A stretch of 64,000 nt of DNA from an uncultured Gaiellales bacterium (GTDB lineage: Bacteria > Actinomycetota > Thermoleophilia > Gaiellales > Gaiellaceae). Location: assembly GCA_964436315.1 (NCBI GenBank), contig CAYTCZ010000001.1, positions 8,741 to 72,740 on the forward strand. Reading direction: 5' to 3'. The notes under the pieces are model-generated. The model ran no database searches. It had not been told where the DNA came from and worked only from the letters and a program-made list of their open reading frames with translations. Position 1 is the first letter of the stretch. Every line of letters begins with the position of its first letter. Below are positions 9,131 to 17,991 of the stretch, piece by piece. The position numbers were made by a program, and so were the translations under genes.

Positions 9131-10604
9131 GATTCCCCTCCCCGTTCGCAGCTGCCTTCGCGCGGTGCAGCGCCTCCTCGACGCGGGCCAAGAGTTCGTC
9201 GATCGTGCCGTCGTTCCGAACGACAATGTCCACGTCCGAACGTTGCAGCGCAGAGGCGGACTTCTCCGTCGGATGTTCCGCGGATCCGCCGGGCGCACCC
9301 GCACCGGGTCGCAGGATCAAGAGGGTGACTGCGCCCAGTTCTCGCGCAGTCTCGACCTCTCGCGGCATTCGCACGTCCGGGCACACGACCCGCTCTCCTC
9401 CCGCGAGGGCTGCTTCGACTTCCTGTCTCCAGAGCTTCACCCAGATGTCTGGGTCGATCCGACGCATCGCGTCCCCCAGCCGCTGGTAGAGGCGGCGGGG
9501 TGTGGTCCCCCACCGTGGATCGACAACATCGCGTTGCTCACCCCAAAGCTGAGCATCCTCTAACTGCCAGAGTTCCTTCGCCGCGAACTTCAAAGGGTCA
9601 GCGATCGCGATGCGACGAAACCCTCGCTCGAGCAAGGCTGATGCAGCCGCGTCCTTCCCTGCACCGGAGACTCCGGCGAAGGCGACGAATCGCGGCATGT
9701 CGGCGGGCGCCCAGTCGTACACCCCTCCTCGATCCTCGTAGGCGTCTCGGGCGAAACTGACCTGTTGGAAAGCCGCGTCGACGCCAATCGTTAGAATCGG
9801 CTCGGAATACGAGTGCCTCCCCAGGGAACTGTCGTAGAAGCGACCAGCGGGGTCGATCATCGCGTAGGTACCGCGCATCTCGTCGTTGGCTTCGCTCACC
9901 ATCTCGACGCCGTACCCCTCGACCGCTCGATGTCGCTCCAACCAGTTCGTGAACTCGGCCTCCTCGATGCGGAACTGGTCGATGTGAGCGCCGTTCTGGT
10001 CCTCCACCGGCAGGACCTGGAAAATCTTCCATCGTTCGGGCCGAAGAGCCTCTACGAACTCGACCATCGATTCGTCGAGATTGAGCCGATGCACGACCGT
10101 GTTCAGCTTGATGCGAACTCCCCTGCGACGTGCCGCTTCCGCGTGAGAGACCAGTTCGCCCGGCGAGAGGACCCCACCCCGCTTGTCGGCGCGGCCAGCC
10201 TCGACGTTGGTCTCGGGCGTCACACTGTCGACGCTCAACACCAGCCAATCGAGGTGCGGGTAGATTTTGTCTCCACCCACCTGGTGCAGACGAGAACCGT
10301 TGGTCACGACCATCGTGACCATCCCCAGCTTCTTCGATTCAGCCAGAAGACGAGGTAGTTGGGGAGACAGCGTGGGCTCCCCGCCCGCGAACGTGATCTT
10401 CTCGACGCCCGCCTGGGCGAGCCGACGCAGAATCTCCAGCTGAGACTCGAGCGGAAGCTGCCCTTTGCCGAGGTACTCGGCGGAATCCTCGAAGACGGCG
10501 AAGCAGAACTTGCAGTCGAAGTTGCATGCTTTTAGCAGGTGGAAGTTGACGGAAGGCGGGAGGGAGCACGCGCTGCTCCTCCGTTTCGAATCGTAGCGAG
10601 ACAT
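9120..10604 (-). CDS. Prokaryotic viperin (radical SAM) fused to a C-terminal P-loop (d)NMP-kinase-like domain (494 aa)
   Basis: VNFHLLKACNFDCKFCF (CxxxCxxC radical-SAM cluster in viperin-like context), ITFAGGEPTL, VVTNGSRL. From about aa 305: FAGVSGAGKDAAASALL (Walker A) ... VCPDVRMPREVE, reminiscent of T4-type dNMP kinases. AAGGAG lies 6 nt before ATG 10604. Confidence 0.85.
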   Translation of the reverse strand: MSRYDSKRRSSACSLPPSVNFHLLKACNFDCKFCFAVFEDSAEYLGKGQLPLESQLEILRRLAQAGVEKITFAGGEPTLSPQLPRLLAESKKLGMVTMVVTNGSRLHQVGGDKIYPHLDWLVLSVDSVTPETNVEAGRADKRGGVLSPGELVSHAEAARRRGVRIKLNTVVHRLNLDESMVEFVEALRPERWKIFQVLPVEDQNGAHIDQFRIEEAEFTNWLERHRAVEGYGVEMVSEANDEMRGTYAMIDPAGRFYDSSLGRHSYSEPILTIGVDAAFQQVSFARDAYEDRGGVYDWAPADMPRFVAFAGVSGAGKDAAASALLERGFRRIAIADPLKFAAKELWQLEDAQLWGEQRDVVDPRWGTTPRRLYQRLGDAMRRIDPDIWVKLWRQEVEAALAGGERVVCPDVRMPREVETARELGAVTLLILRPGAGAPGGSAEHPTEKSASALQRSDVDIVVRNDGTIDELLARVEEALHRAKAAANGEGNHGE

Positions 10605-10683
10605 TGAGACTCCTTGTGCATGGCCATTGTCGGCCGTCGTGAAATCCGACTCGGCGAGCCGGTCTCCTGAACTTGCCCAAGAA

Positions 10684-10725
10684 GTGCTGCAAAATAATCA
10701 GACCAAATTGAAACATGTGCAGCAC
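10684..10725. promoter_or_regulatory. 8-bp inverted repeat (GTGCTGCA / TGCAGCAC, 26-nt spacer) in a low-GC divergent intergenic region
   Basis: Read directly at 10684-10691 and 10718-10725, inside the AT-richer 192-nt gap between divergent genes starting at 10604 (-) and 10797 (+). Operator function is only inferred. Confidence 0.25.
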
Positions 10726-10796
10726 ACAACTAAACTCGTCATAGATGCGGGAGACACACCTTGCCGTAGTTTGTCCTCATCAGAGCGGAGGAGTGG

Positions 10797-13700
10797 ATGA
10801 TGCGTATTGAAGACATGCCTGTGCGACTCAGCGACGAAGGGGCGGAACGCTTTCGAAGGGAAACCTTCGCGCTCGTATCCTCCCATCGAGGAACAGAGGT
10901 GGATCGCGACAGCCTCCAAGAACTTCTGGAAGCGGAGACTGGGAATGCGGACGAACGGTCGCCGCTGTCGCGGTTCCTCAACCAGGGACAGGAGGTTTAC
11001 GCGTGGTTGTCGAAGGACGGGAACAAGCGCGGAAAGGCGCTCGCGCGGCTGGCAGGGCTGACTGTGCAAGAGTTGCGCTCGCGACTTCTCGCCGCGTATT
11101 CGGGCCTCGGCCTGCCTTGGACTGCGGAGCTCGTTCGAGGGCTCGAGCTTCGAGGCGAGTACCGGCCGGGCCCCTACGCGGAGTGGCGTCCCTGGGGCTC
11201 CTTCGACCAACTGCAGGAACTCGCAAACGAAGCAGAAAACGATCGATGGAAGACGGATGGCACCAGGTCACCGGTTTCGTCCCGACGTAGCCCGTTTCGG
11301 AAACCGAGCCCTCTCGCTGCCTCCCTCTATGAACTCCACTCTGGTGTTGTCTCCACCGGCGATGTGTTGCCGTTCCTTCCGACACGTGCGGCATTGGAGA
11401 GCTGGTTCAAGCACTTGCATTCGACGGAGAAGATTGGCGAAGGAGAACTTCGCCGGCTTCTCGACGCGCGCGGAACTGCGAGCCTCGGGAACCTGTTGGA
11501 TGCGGACGAGCTCGTGCTCGCGGTCCGCGATTTCCTCGATCGGAAGATCGTTTCTTTCGAGCAGGAGGAGCTGGAACGTCGGAGGGAGGGTTGGGCGCTC
11601 GAAGCGAGCCGACGCGCCTCAAGTCCAGAAACGGCGGAATGGTGGGAAACCGCGGCTCTGGGATTGCTGACGAGCTGGGTATGGAAGACCGGATCCCTGG
11701 AACGCTCCCTTCCCGAAGACCTGGTGGGAGTCTTTCTGGAGCACGGAAACTCTCCTGTGCCGGTTCCCCAACTGATCGCTGAAGATATCCTGGTGCGGGA
11801 CGAGGAAGCTGCCAGCAGGTTGGCACTGTGCAACGGACTAAAGCGCTATGGCCGTGTCCGCCTTCCACGAACCCTGTCCGCCGAAGACTTCCGTGCCTCT
11901 GTGCTGCCCCTGGACGGGTTCCTGCTGTCGGAAACTCTTGGACTGACGGAAGACCTAGGAGGTTGGCTTGCGGCTCTCGACGCTCGAGCAAGCTTCGCCA
12001 TCGAACCGCTGAACGAACATCTCTCCGCGCTAAAGGGAGTCTTTCGGCGCCCAGACGAGGAACTCGCCAACTCGATGGACGCAGTCGAAGCGCTCTGGCT
12101 ACGCATCCTCACCATGGTGATGGAAGAAGAGCCTGAAGTGATGTCGCTCTTGGAACCCGAGACGTGCGCTATCCTCGAAGCCGCGAGTGCGCGACTGGCC
12201 GAGCTCGGCGTGGCGACGTCTCTAGCCGCCCCGTTTGATACGGGGGTAGCGCATGCCGGCGTGGAGCTTTCTCGGCAAGGCCAGGAAGTTCTGGCACTCC
12301 TGGCTCCTTACCAGACATCCCTCGACTGGCAGAACCACGACGCCCTCGCCCGCCGCCCATGGAAGGACATCGATCGTCTGTATCGCCATCGTGCGAACGT
12401 CGGGGACGTCACTGCCCGCCAGGCGCTCATCGATCCGAATCTAGAGGCCGGACCGTTTGGTCCGTCCCTCACGCAGCCGCCGTTGCGGGATCGCCTCCGG
12501 TGGGGGGTCGCCTCCTATGATGACCTGTCCGGATCGGCTCGACGCGCCATTGCGGAAGAAGCAGTGCAGGCGCTCTCCGATCCGAGCCTACGAACCGAAA
12601 CGATCGCACTCCTCAAAAAATTGCTATCCGCCTCCAACCGGCACGAACTTCCCCCGCGAATCTTCAAAACGGTCCAGGCCGTCGAGCTTCTCGCATCCGG
12701 ACAAACGGCCGATGCCATCCAATCCTGGTTCCGCGTGTTCCCATCAGCCAAAGGAGACGAGACTGCGGACGACGAGCTGCTCGTTCTTCTTGCGGCACTG
12801 GAAGATCGTTCCGACGCCCTCGAACGGCTCGCGACCCTCGATTCTGATGACATCACGCCAGACTTCCCGACGGCGCACTGGTCCGACGACGGCCTCCGCT
12901 TTCCCGAGCTGGAACGGCTCGCACGGATCCGTGAAAGTGCGCTGCTCGCACTCTGCGAGGCTTATCCGAACACCTCCTTGAGCCCCGCTCGGGTCGTCGA
13001 GCGGCCGTGGGAGGTGACGAATAACTGTATCTGCGCGGCGACGCAGGACCGTCTGGCGCTCACCCGATTTCTTTCCAACCTTTCGGGCGATGAATTCGCT
13101 GACGACGCGAAGTGGGCCGACTTCCTGCGAAGCGAGCTCGGGCTTGATCCCAAGGCCCTCGGCATGCTTCCGACCGAGGTTGACGAGCCATTCTGGCTCT
13201 ACGCGGTACTACCGGAAAATCGCGGCTCTGCGCTCAAACAGTTCTCGGAAAGGTTGTTCACATACCGCTACTACAACTCGGCCTCCCCGTTCTGGGTCAG
13301 GGTGAGAGAGCAACTTCGACCAGGCGACGAAGCTTTGGGCCGTTGGACCGTACCCAACGAGCTGCAGCGAGAGCTGGAGATAATCGCAATTCGTCGGTCC
13401 GACGAAGCATTGCGCGCCTGGTGCGAGCGGGAGTGCTTGACCGAGGGCGGCGCCGACCCTTCCAACGAAGCGATGAACCTCCTCTTCCGAAACCTCGAGT
13501 CGCTTGGTGACCGCGCATGGCGCTTCCTCTCGGCAGAGTGCCGCTACCGGCTCATCGACCGTCTGACCGAACTTCCCGAGCGCTCCGTCTGGTTCGGGCG
13601 CACCCGCACGTTGAGGCTTCGTCAGCGCTACACGCTCATGAAGAGACATGGACACAGAGGCGAGGCGATCGCCGCGGCCGCTTTGATGGTTTGCGAGCTT

Positions 13701-14510
13701 GGTGACCCCTGTCGCCGGTTGGAGCAGTGGCGCGAGTTTATGTACGGAGACCGCACCGGCTGGGGATACGACGGAATCCACACGGACGTCGATCACCTGT
13801 TGGGCTGGCTCGGCGAGCACCTCCCCGATGAACCAGCGATGCCAGGTGCTCGTCGTAAGGCCGAAGGCGAGGATGCTGCTGACCACCCATCCACGACATC
13901 CCCTGATCAACTCGACGACCGCATCCTTCTGGCCTGGGAAGTTCTGACGTTGGGAACGACCTGGCTGGCGAAGGAGTTGAAGGACGAGGGCGTCGAACTC
14001 GGGGATCGCCTCGAAAAGATACTCATTCACTTCGTCTCGCTTCGTAAGCAACCGGCAACGCCGCCGACGAACGAATCCATCGTTCCCGGCCTTCGGGGGT
14101 TGTCGACCATCCTGGACAACTATTTCACATCGGCGCGTGCCGAGGTGGTGACTCAAAGGGCACGTCCCTACACCGACATCGAGCTCCCCGTTGACTTGCG
14201 AAAGGCGCGCGACGCGATGGCGGGTGGCAACGGCGTCCCGAAACATCCACGACTCTTCTCAGGGACCGAAACCTCTCAGCTCACCTTGCCTGGCGATGTC
14301 GAGTCGACCACGGAACTGGTGAATCATCTCCATCAGTACCTCTTCGTCGCTGGGGCGCCTCCAATGCGCTGGGTGGATGCCCAGTTGGCGAAGCAGCGAG
14401 TGCTCACCCATGACGAGTTGCGCGAAGTAGTCCGGGCGCTCGTCAGGACGGGTGTCAACCCGGAAGACGTGGAACGTACCTGGCGAAAGTACTTCCCTGC
14501 GAGCCAATAG
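10797..14510 (+). CDS. Large hypothetical protein (1,237 aa) with no catalytic motif I can recognise; predominantly helical-looking composition
   Basis: Long uninterrupted ORF with protein-like composition (unlike the Arg/Pro/Ala shadows). GGAGGAG precedes ATG 10797. No P-loop, nuclease, protease or methylase motif found by eye. Confidence 0.6.
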   Translation: MMRIEDMPVRLSDEGAERFRRETFALVSSHRGTEVDRDSLQELLEAETGNADERSPLSRFLNQGQEVYAWLSKDGNKRGKALARLAGLTVQELRSRLLAAYSGLGLPWTAELVRGLELRGEYRPGPYAEWRPWGSFDQLQELANEAENDRWKTDGTRSPVSSRRSPFRKPSPLAASLYELHSGVVSTGDVLPFLPTRAALESWFKHLHSTEKIGEGELRRLLDARGTASLGNLLDADELVLAVRDFLDRKIVSFEQEELERRREGWALEASRRASSPETAEWWETAALGLLTSWVWKTGSLERSLPEDLVGVFLEHGNSPVPVPQLIAEDILVRDEEAASRLALCNGLKRYGRVRLPRTLSAEDFRASVLPLDGFLLSETLGLTEDLGGWLAALDARASFAIEPLNEHLSALKGVFRRPDEELANSMDAVEALWLRILTMVMEEEPEVMSLLEPETCAILEAASARLAELGVATSLAAPFDTGVAHAGVELSRQGQEVLALLAPYQTSLDWQNHDALARRPWKDIDRLYRHRANVGDVTARQALIDPNLEAGPFGPSLTQPPLRDRLRWGVASYDDLSGSARRAIAEEAVQALSDPSLRTETIALLKKLLSASNRHELPPRIFKTVQAVELLASGQTADAIQSWFRVFPSAKGDETADDELLVLLAALEDRSDALERLATLDSDDITPDFPTAHWSDDGLRFPELERLARIRESALLALCEAYPNTSLSPARVVERPWEVTNNCICAATQDRLALTRFLSNLSGDEFADDAKWADFLRSELGLDPKALGMLPTEVDEPFWLYAVLPENRGSALKQFSERLFTYRYYNSASPFWVRVREQLRPGDEALGRWTVPNELQRELEIIAIRRSDEALRAWCERECLTEGGADPSNEAMNLLFRNLESLGDRAWRFLSAECRYRLIDRLTELPERSVWFGRTRTLRLRQRYTLMKRHGHRGEAIAAAALMVCELGDPCRRLEQWREFMYGDRTGWGYDGIHTDVDHLLGWLGEHLPDEPAMPGARRKAEGEDAADHPSTTSPDQLDDRILLAWEVLTLGTTWLAKELKDEGVELGDRLEKILIHFVSLRKQPATPPTNESIVPGLRGLSTILDNYFTSARAEVVTQRARPYTDIELPVDLRKARDAMAGGNGVPKHPRLFSGTETSQLTLPGDVESTTELVNHLHQYLFVAGAPPMRWVDAQLAKQRVLTHDELREVVRALVRTGVNPEDVERTWRKYFPASQ

Positions 14511-14635
14511 CCTTCGGCAACCCGCCGCCGATCGGTCGTCCGACGCTTGCAGCACGCCCTTCTTGCTCGATGTCTTGTCGGGCGAGTTCGCCCTTCCAAC
14601 AGCTCAACAACGTCCGACTGTCCCTTTTCTCCACA

Positions 14636-14665
14636 TTGACCATCGAAACGGCCGCAGCGTAAGGT
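14636..14665 (+). promoter_or_regulatory. Weak sigma70-like promoter candidate for the lipoprotein gene (TTGACC, 18-nt spacer, TAAGGT)
   Basis: TTGACC at 14636-14641 and TAAGGT at 14660-14665, about 30 nt upstream of the proposed TTG start. The -10 match is poor (3 of 6). Confidence 0.2.
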
Positions 14666-14697
14666 GTTCAAACAGCAACGAAACGAGAGGGGAAAAA

Positions 14698-16989
14698 TTG
14701 CGAAGAAAGCATCGACGAATGGTTCTGTCCGTTCTTGTAGCCAGCCTGCTGGGCGGCTGTGCCGGGAGCAAGCGGGCGCTGTACGAAAGGAGCTTCGAGA
14801 GCCTACGCCACGACGAGGTGGCAAGCACGCACGTCAGCGTCATCTCCGTCGCGCCGTGGGACCAGTACATGAGTTCGCTCGCTCCGCAGTTCGACTGGTC
14901 GACCAAGAAGGCGCTCGCCGAAGTAATGCCCGAGACGAGACGTCGGCAGGAGCGCTTGCTGCAGGCAGTCAATGCAGCGGCTCGGGTGGCCCTCCCGTCC
15001 GTGAGTTCGTCGAGCACTCTGACTACGACTCGGGAACGTGAAGGAAGAGAGCACACGCGAAAGTCGCGGGCCGTGACCGAACGATCCGCTGCTCCCGGCG
15101 ATGTCGAGGGACTCGACGCCGACGCCGATTTCGGACGTTCTCTCGATGGCGATGGACTTGGAGCGCTGATGGAGGCCGAGGGTGCGCTGGGTGTCGACCC
15201 GCTGATGAAGTACCGGATGGCGACCGCGCTCTACCAAGAAGTCCAACTGCTCAATCAGTTCGTCCTGGACCTCGCGGAACGAACGGACACGACGCCCCAC
15301 GTCGTCCGTATGCAGATCTCCCTGATGCCTCGCGCGCGCCACGTCCCGTTCGACGCTTACGTGAACCTGTCTTTCTACGACGAGGGAAAGGGCGGCTCGA
15401 GTTCCCAACCAAGCACAGTCGTTCCGTTGTTGGTGACGGACAACGTCGAGGCCACGGCAGCCACCGCGGGGAGCACCCAGGTCGAGCAGCTGGCCCTCGC
15501 CGTGAGCGGAATGCTGTACAACTCGGGTTTCCAAGCCGAAGCGGCACGACTTGAAGAGGCCGCCACAGCCAGCATCGGCAGAGACTTCAACAGCCTCCTG
15601 ACAGTCGGCGCATTAGGCGAAAATGGACTGCGGGTTCGCCTCGGTGCCCTGCAACGAACGCTCCCGGTTGACGGTCCTGGATATGCCGCACTCCCACAGA
15701 CCCACAACGTCACCTTCGTGCTCTTCACGAAGCGGCAACTAACAGTCGAAGCGTACGAGGCTCTGGCGGAGGGAGGAAGCAAGGCAGGGGTCGCCCGAGA
15801 CACCCCTGGCTTCAGAGATCCAGAGGTACGCACCGTCCGGTACGCGGCGGACGTCGACTTCGTCCACGCTCTTACTGGGAAAAGTGTTGAAAAGCGGAGA
15901 TTTGAGTTCAAGGAAGACAAATTCCCCGAACTTGCCAAGACCTATTGCGAAATCGCGACCCTGGAAGAAGGAGGTTGCAGAGCCTACGAAAGCGTGCTCG
16001 GCGAACTCGCACTCGCTGTCCGAACTGGTGATTTCAAGACGTTCAGGGCACACGCCAAGTTGTCAGCGGCGGAGCCACACCAACTGGAACAATTGTGGGC
16101 ACTGCTGCTTGCGGCCGATGTCGGCCGCGGGCGGACAGGAGGTTCGTTCCAGGTCCAGGAAGTCCTGCCGCGTTTCGGCGCGGCGCTCGACGACTACAAA
16201 CCCGATGGCGGCTCGCGACTGCTCGCAATCGCCGACGACTCGAAGCAGTCCCGAGTTCGAATTCCCGACGTGGAAGACGCTGTGCCGATGTTCACGCAGA
16301 TCGAGGCGCGATGTAAAACTCGTTCGAAACCACCGACGCCCGGAGCTACGCCGCAGCGGGTGGGATACTGCGCCGACGCCGAGGCGGGCTTGGAGTTCGC
16401 CGTGCCGGCGAACCGCATCGAAGCCGACCGTCTGAACGGCCACCTCATTGCGACCTTCCCGCCGTTGAGCGCGATGGAAAAGCGCGTCGCGGGCAAGACC
16501 TGCACATGCGACTGGACGGTCGGACTCAGCTACCGCGACCCGCGCATCGACGACCTGAGGGCGAAGTTCGAGCTGAAGGCCCGCGTCGTTGCGAACAAGG
16601 TCGAGGGGGAGACCAACCACAAGGTCGTCGTCGCCAACCCGTTCATTCGGCCGGTCGCCAACGCCGGCATGCTTCAGTTCACCGTGCTCCCCAAGCCCGA
16701 AGCGGAGCACGTCGATATCACCATCAAAAATGCCACGGTCGACTACGCGAAGACGAAGTTCGTGTCGTTGGACCCCAAAAAGCCGGATGCGTGCGGCAGA
16801 GTCGAGCAACCTTCTTCCGGAGCGCACTTCCGACTGAAGGCGAACTGCCGCGTAGATGCGGCGCTCACCAACCTCGTCGGGCGGCACCTCAGTGTCGAAT
16901 CTAAGCCAAAGACGGGTTCCCCTGGTACGGCAGTTACGATCTACGTCCTCGATGAAGAACGGCCCAAGCCCGAAAAACAGAAACAGTAA
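14698..16989 (+). CDS. Large lipoprotein (~763 aa), function unknown
   Basis: TTG 14698 preceded by GAGAGGGGA gives the signal peptide (M)RRKHRRMVLSVLVASLLGG-C-AGSK: positive n-region, hydrophobic core and an LLGGC lipobox. ATG 14719 is the alternative start. The ORF portion 14452-14697 is a likely non-coding extension. Confidence 0.65.
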   Translation: MRRKHRRMVLSVLVASLLGGCAGSKRALYERSFESLRHDEVASTHVSVISVAPWDQYMSSLAPQFDWSTKKALAEVMPETRRRQERLLQAVNAAARVALPSVSSSSTLTTTREREGREHTRKSRAVTERSAAPGDVEGLDADADFGRSLDGDGLGALMEAEGALGVDPLMKYRMATALYQEVQLLNQFVLDLAERTDTTPHVVRMQISLMPRARHVPFDAYVNLSFYDEGKGGSSSQPSTVVPLLVTDNVEATAATAGSTQVEQLALAVSGMLYNSGFQAEAARLEEAATASIGRDFNSLLTVGALGENGLRVRLGALQRTLPVDGPGYAALPQTHNVTFVLFTKRQLTVEAYEALAEGGSKAGVARDTPGFRDPEVRTVRYAADVDFVHALTGKSVEKRRFEFKEDKFPELAKTYCEIATLEEGGCRAYESVLGELALAVRTGDFKTFRAHAKLSAAEPHQLEQLWALLLAADVGRGRTGGSFQVQEVLPRFGAALDDYKPDGGSRLLAIADDSKQSRVRIPDVEDAVPMFTQIEARCKTRSKPPTPGATPQRVGYCADAEAGLEFAVPANRIEADRLNGHLIATFPPLSAMEKRVAGKTCTCDWTVGLSYRDPRIDDLRAKFELKARVVANKVEGETNHKVVVANPFIRPVANAGMLQFTVLPKPEAEHVDITIKNATVDYAKTKFVSLDPKKPDACGRVEQPSSGAHFRLKANCRVDAALTNLVGRHLSVESKPKTGSPGTAVTIYVLDEERPKPEKQKQ

Positions 16990-17021
16990 GCCATCCGACT
17001 CCGCTCATCGGTCTTCGTCTC

Positions 17022-17861
17022 TCACGAAGACCGCCCGCAGCATCGCTTGTACTTCTTGCCGGAGCCGCATGGGCAGCTCGCGTTGCGGGGCGTCTTCTCC
17101 ACGCGTACCTCGGCGGGGATTGCGATGGCGCGCATCGCTTCTGCTCGCTCCAGAAGCTTCGAGCCGTACCGCGCGACTGCTTTGAACCAGAGGCGGCTGA
17201 GCTCTGCGGGCGGGCCCCCGGAAGTCTCGAACATCTCCCACGCGCCGACGCTCGCCGTGACGGCGCCCAGCACCTCATCACTGTTCATCCCCAAAAAGCT
17301 GACCGTGACGGCGTTGCAGTGGCATTCCGCGCGCAGGCAGTACGCGTCGTTCAGCAAGACAAAGCCTTGCTCGTCGTCTTTCAGCAAAAGGTGAAATTCA
17401 CGGGGAAAGGCCTCCTGATATTCGACGAGGTACTCGCGGACCAAGTTGCGAGGTCGGAACCGCGGGTCGTCGCGAAATCGGGGGTCACCGAGCCGCCCCC
17501 GGATCCGGCTGACGCGCCGCGACATCCACTCCTGCCGGTCGGGGGACTCGAGCTCGCTTCGCACCCGCTCCAAGACGTCCTCGGAGTCGTCGCGCGCGCT
17601 CACCTCGGGCCGACCGGTCCTCATGTCGACCGTGCCGACGATCCCTTCGTAGAGTTCGCGTCCGGGCATCAGGTAGAACCGCAGCGGCGACCGCGTGCAC
17701 CGGCACTCCAGATTGGTGCACACGATCGGTTCGACGGCGACGGTCCGACCGTCGCCAAGGTCGAACAGACCTGCCGGAAGCCCGCTGTCGATCACGATCT
17801 CGTCAACCAACTGGCCATCCTCGCTGTCGAATGCCGGAAACGGATGGGACGTGGAACTCAT
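17022..17861 (-). CDS. SEC-C motif protein (~279 aa), C-terminal SecA-type zinc-binding tail
   Basis: C-terminus ASCPCGSGKKYKRCCGRSS. Two internal C-x4-C-x-C repeats (VCTNLECRCT and YCLRAECHCN). ATG 17861 is preceded by GAGGTG. Confidence 0.7.
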   Translation of the reverse strand: MSSTSHPFPAFDSEDGQLVDEIVIDSGLPAGLFDLGDGRTVAVEPIVCTNLECRCTRSPLRFYLMPGRELYEGIVGTVDMRTGRPEVSARDDSEDVLERVRSELESPDRQEWMSRRVSRIRGRLGDPRFRDDPRFRPRNLVREYLVEYQEAFPREFHLLLKDDEQGFVLLNDAYCLRAECHCNAVTVSFLGMNSDEVLGAVTASVGAWEMFETSGGPPAELSRLWFKAVARYGSKLLERAEAMRAIAIPAEVRVEKTPRNASCPCGSGKKYKRCCGRSS

Positions 17862-17991
17862 GAGCACCTCTGGCCGGGGACGAATGTCGGCGCGACGACC
17901 ATCTCTCCATCGGACGGACGTCGTGCGATCTCACCACACCACCCCCACCCTGTCGAGAGTCTCCCCTTCCTCGGGAAGTAGCCGAGGTAGT

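Noticed and set aside
14452-14697. N-terminal extension of the lipoprotein ORF. Similar extensions: zorA 27425-27622, pglZ 58487-58831, DUF4258 9131-9304
   Set aside because: The extensions lack protein-like composition or overlap upstream genes. Downstream starts with good Shine-Dalgarno sequences give proper signal peptides or family-typical N-termini.
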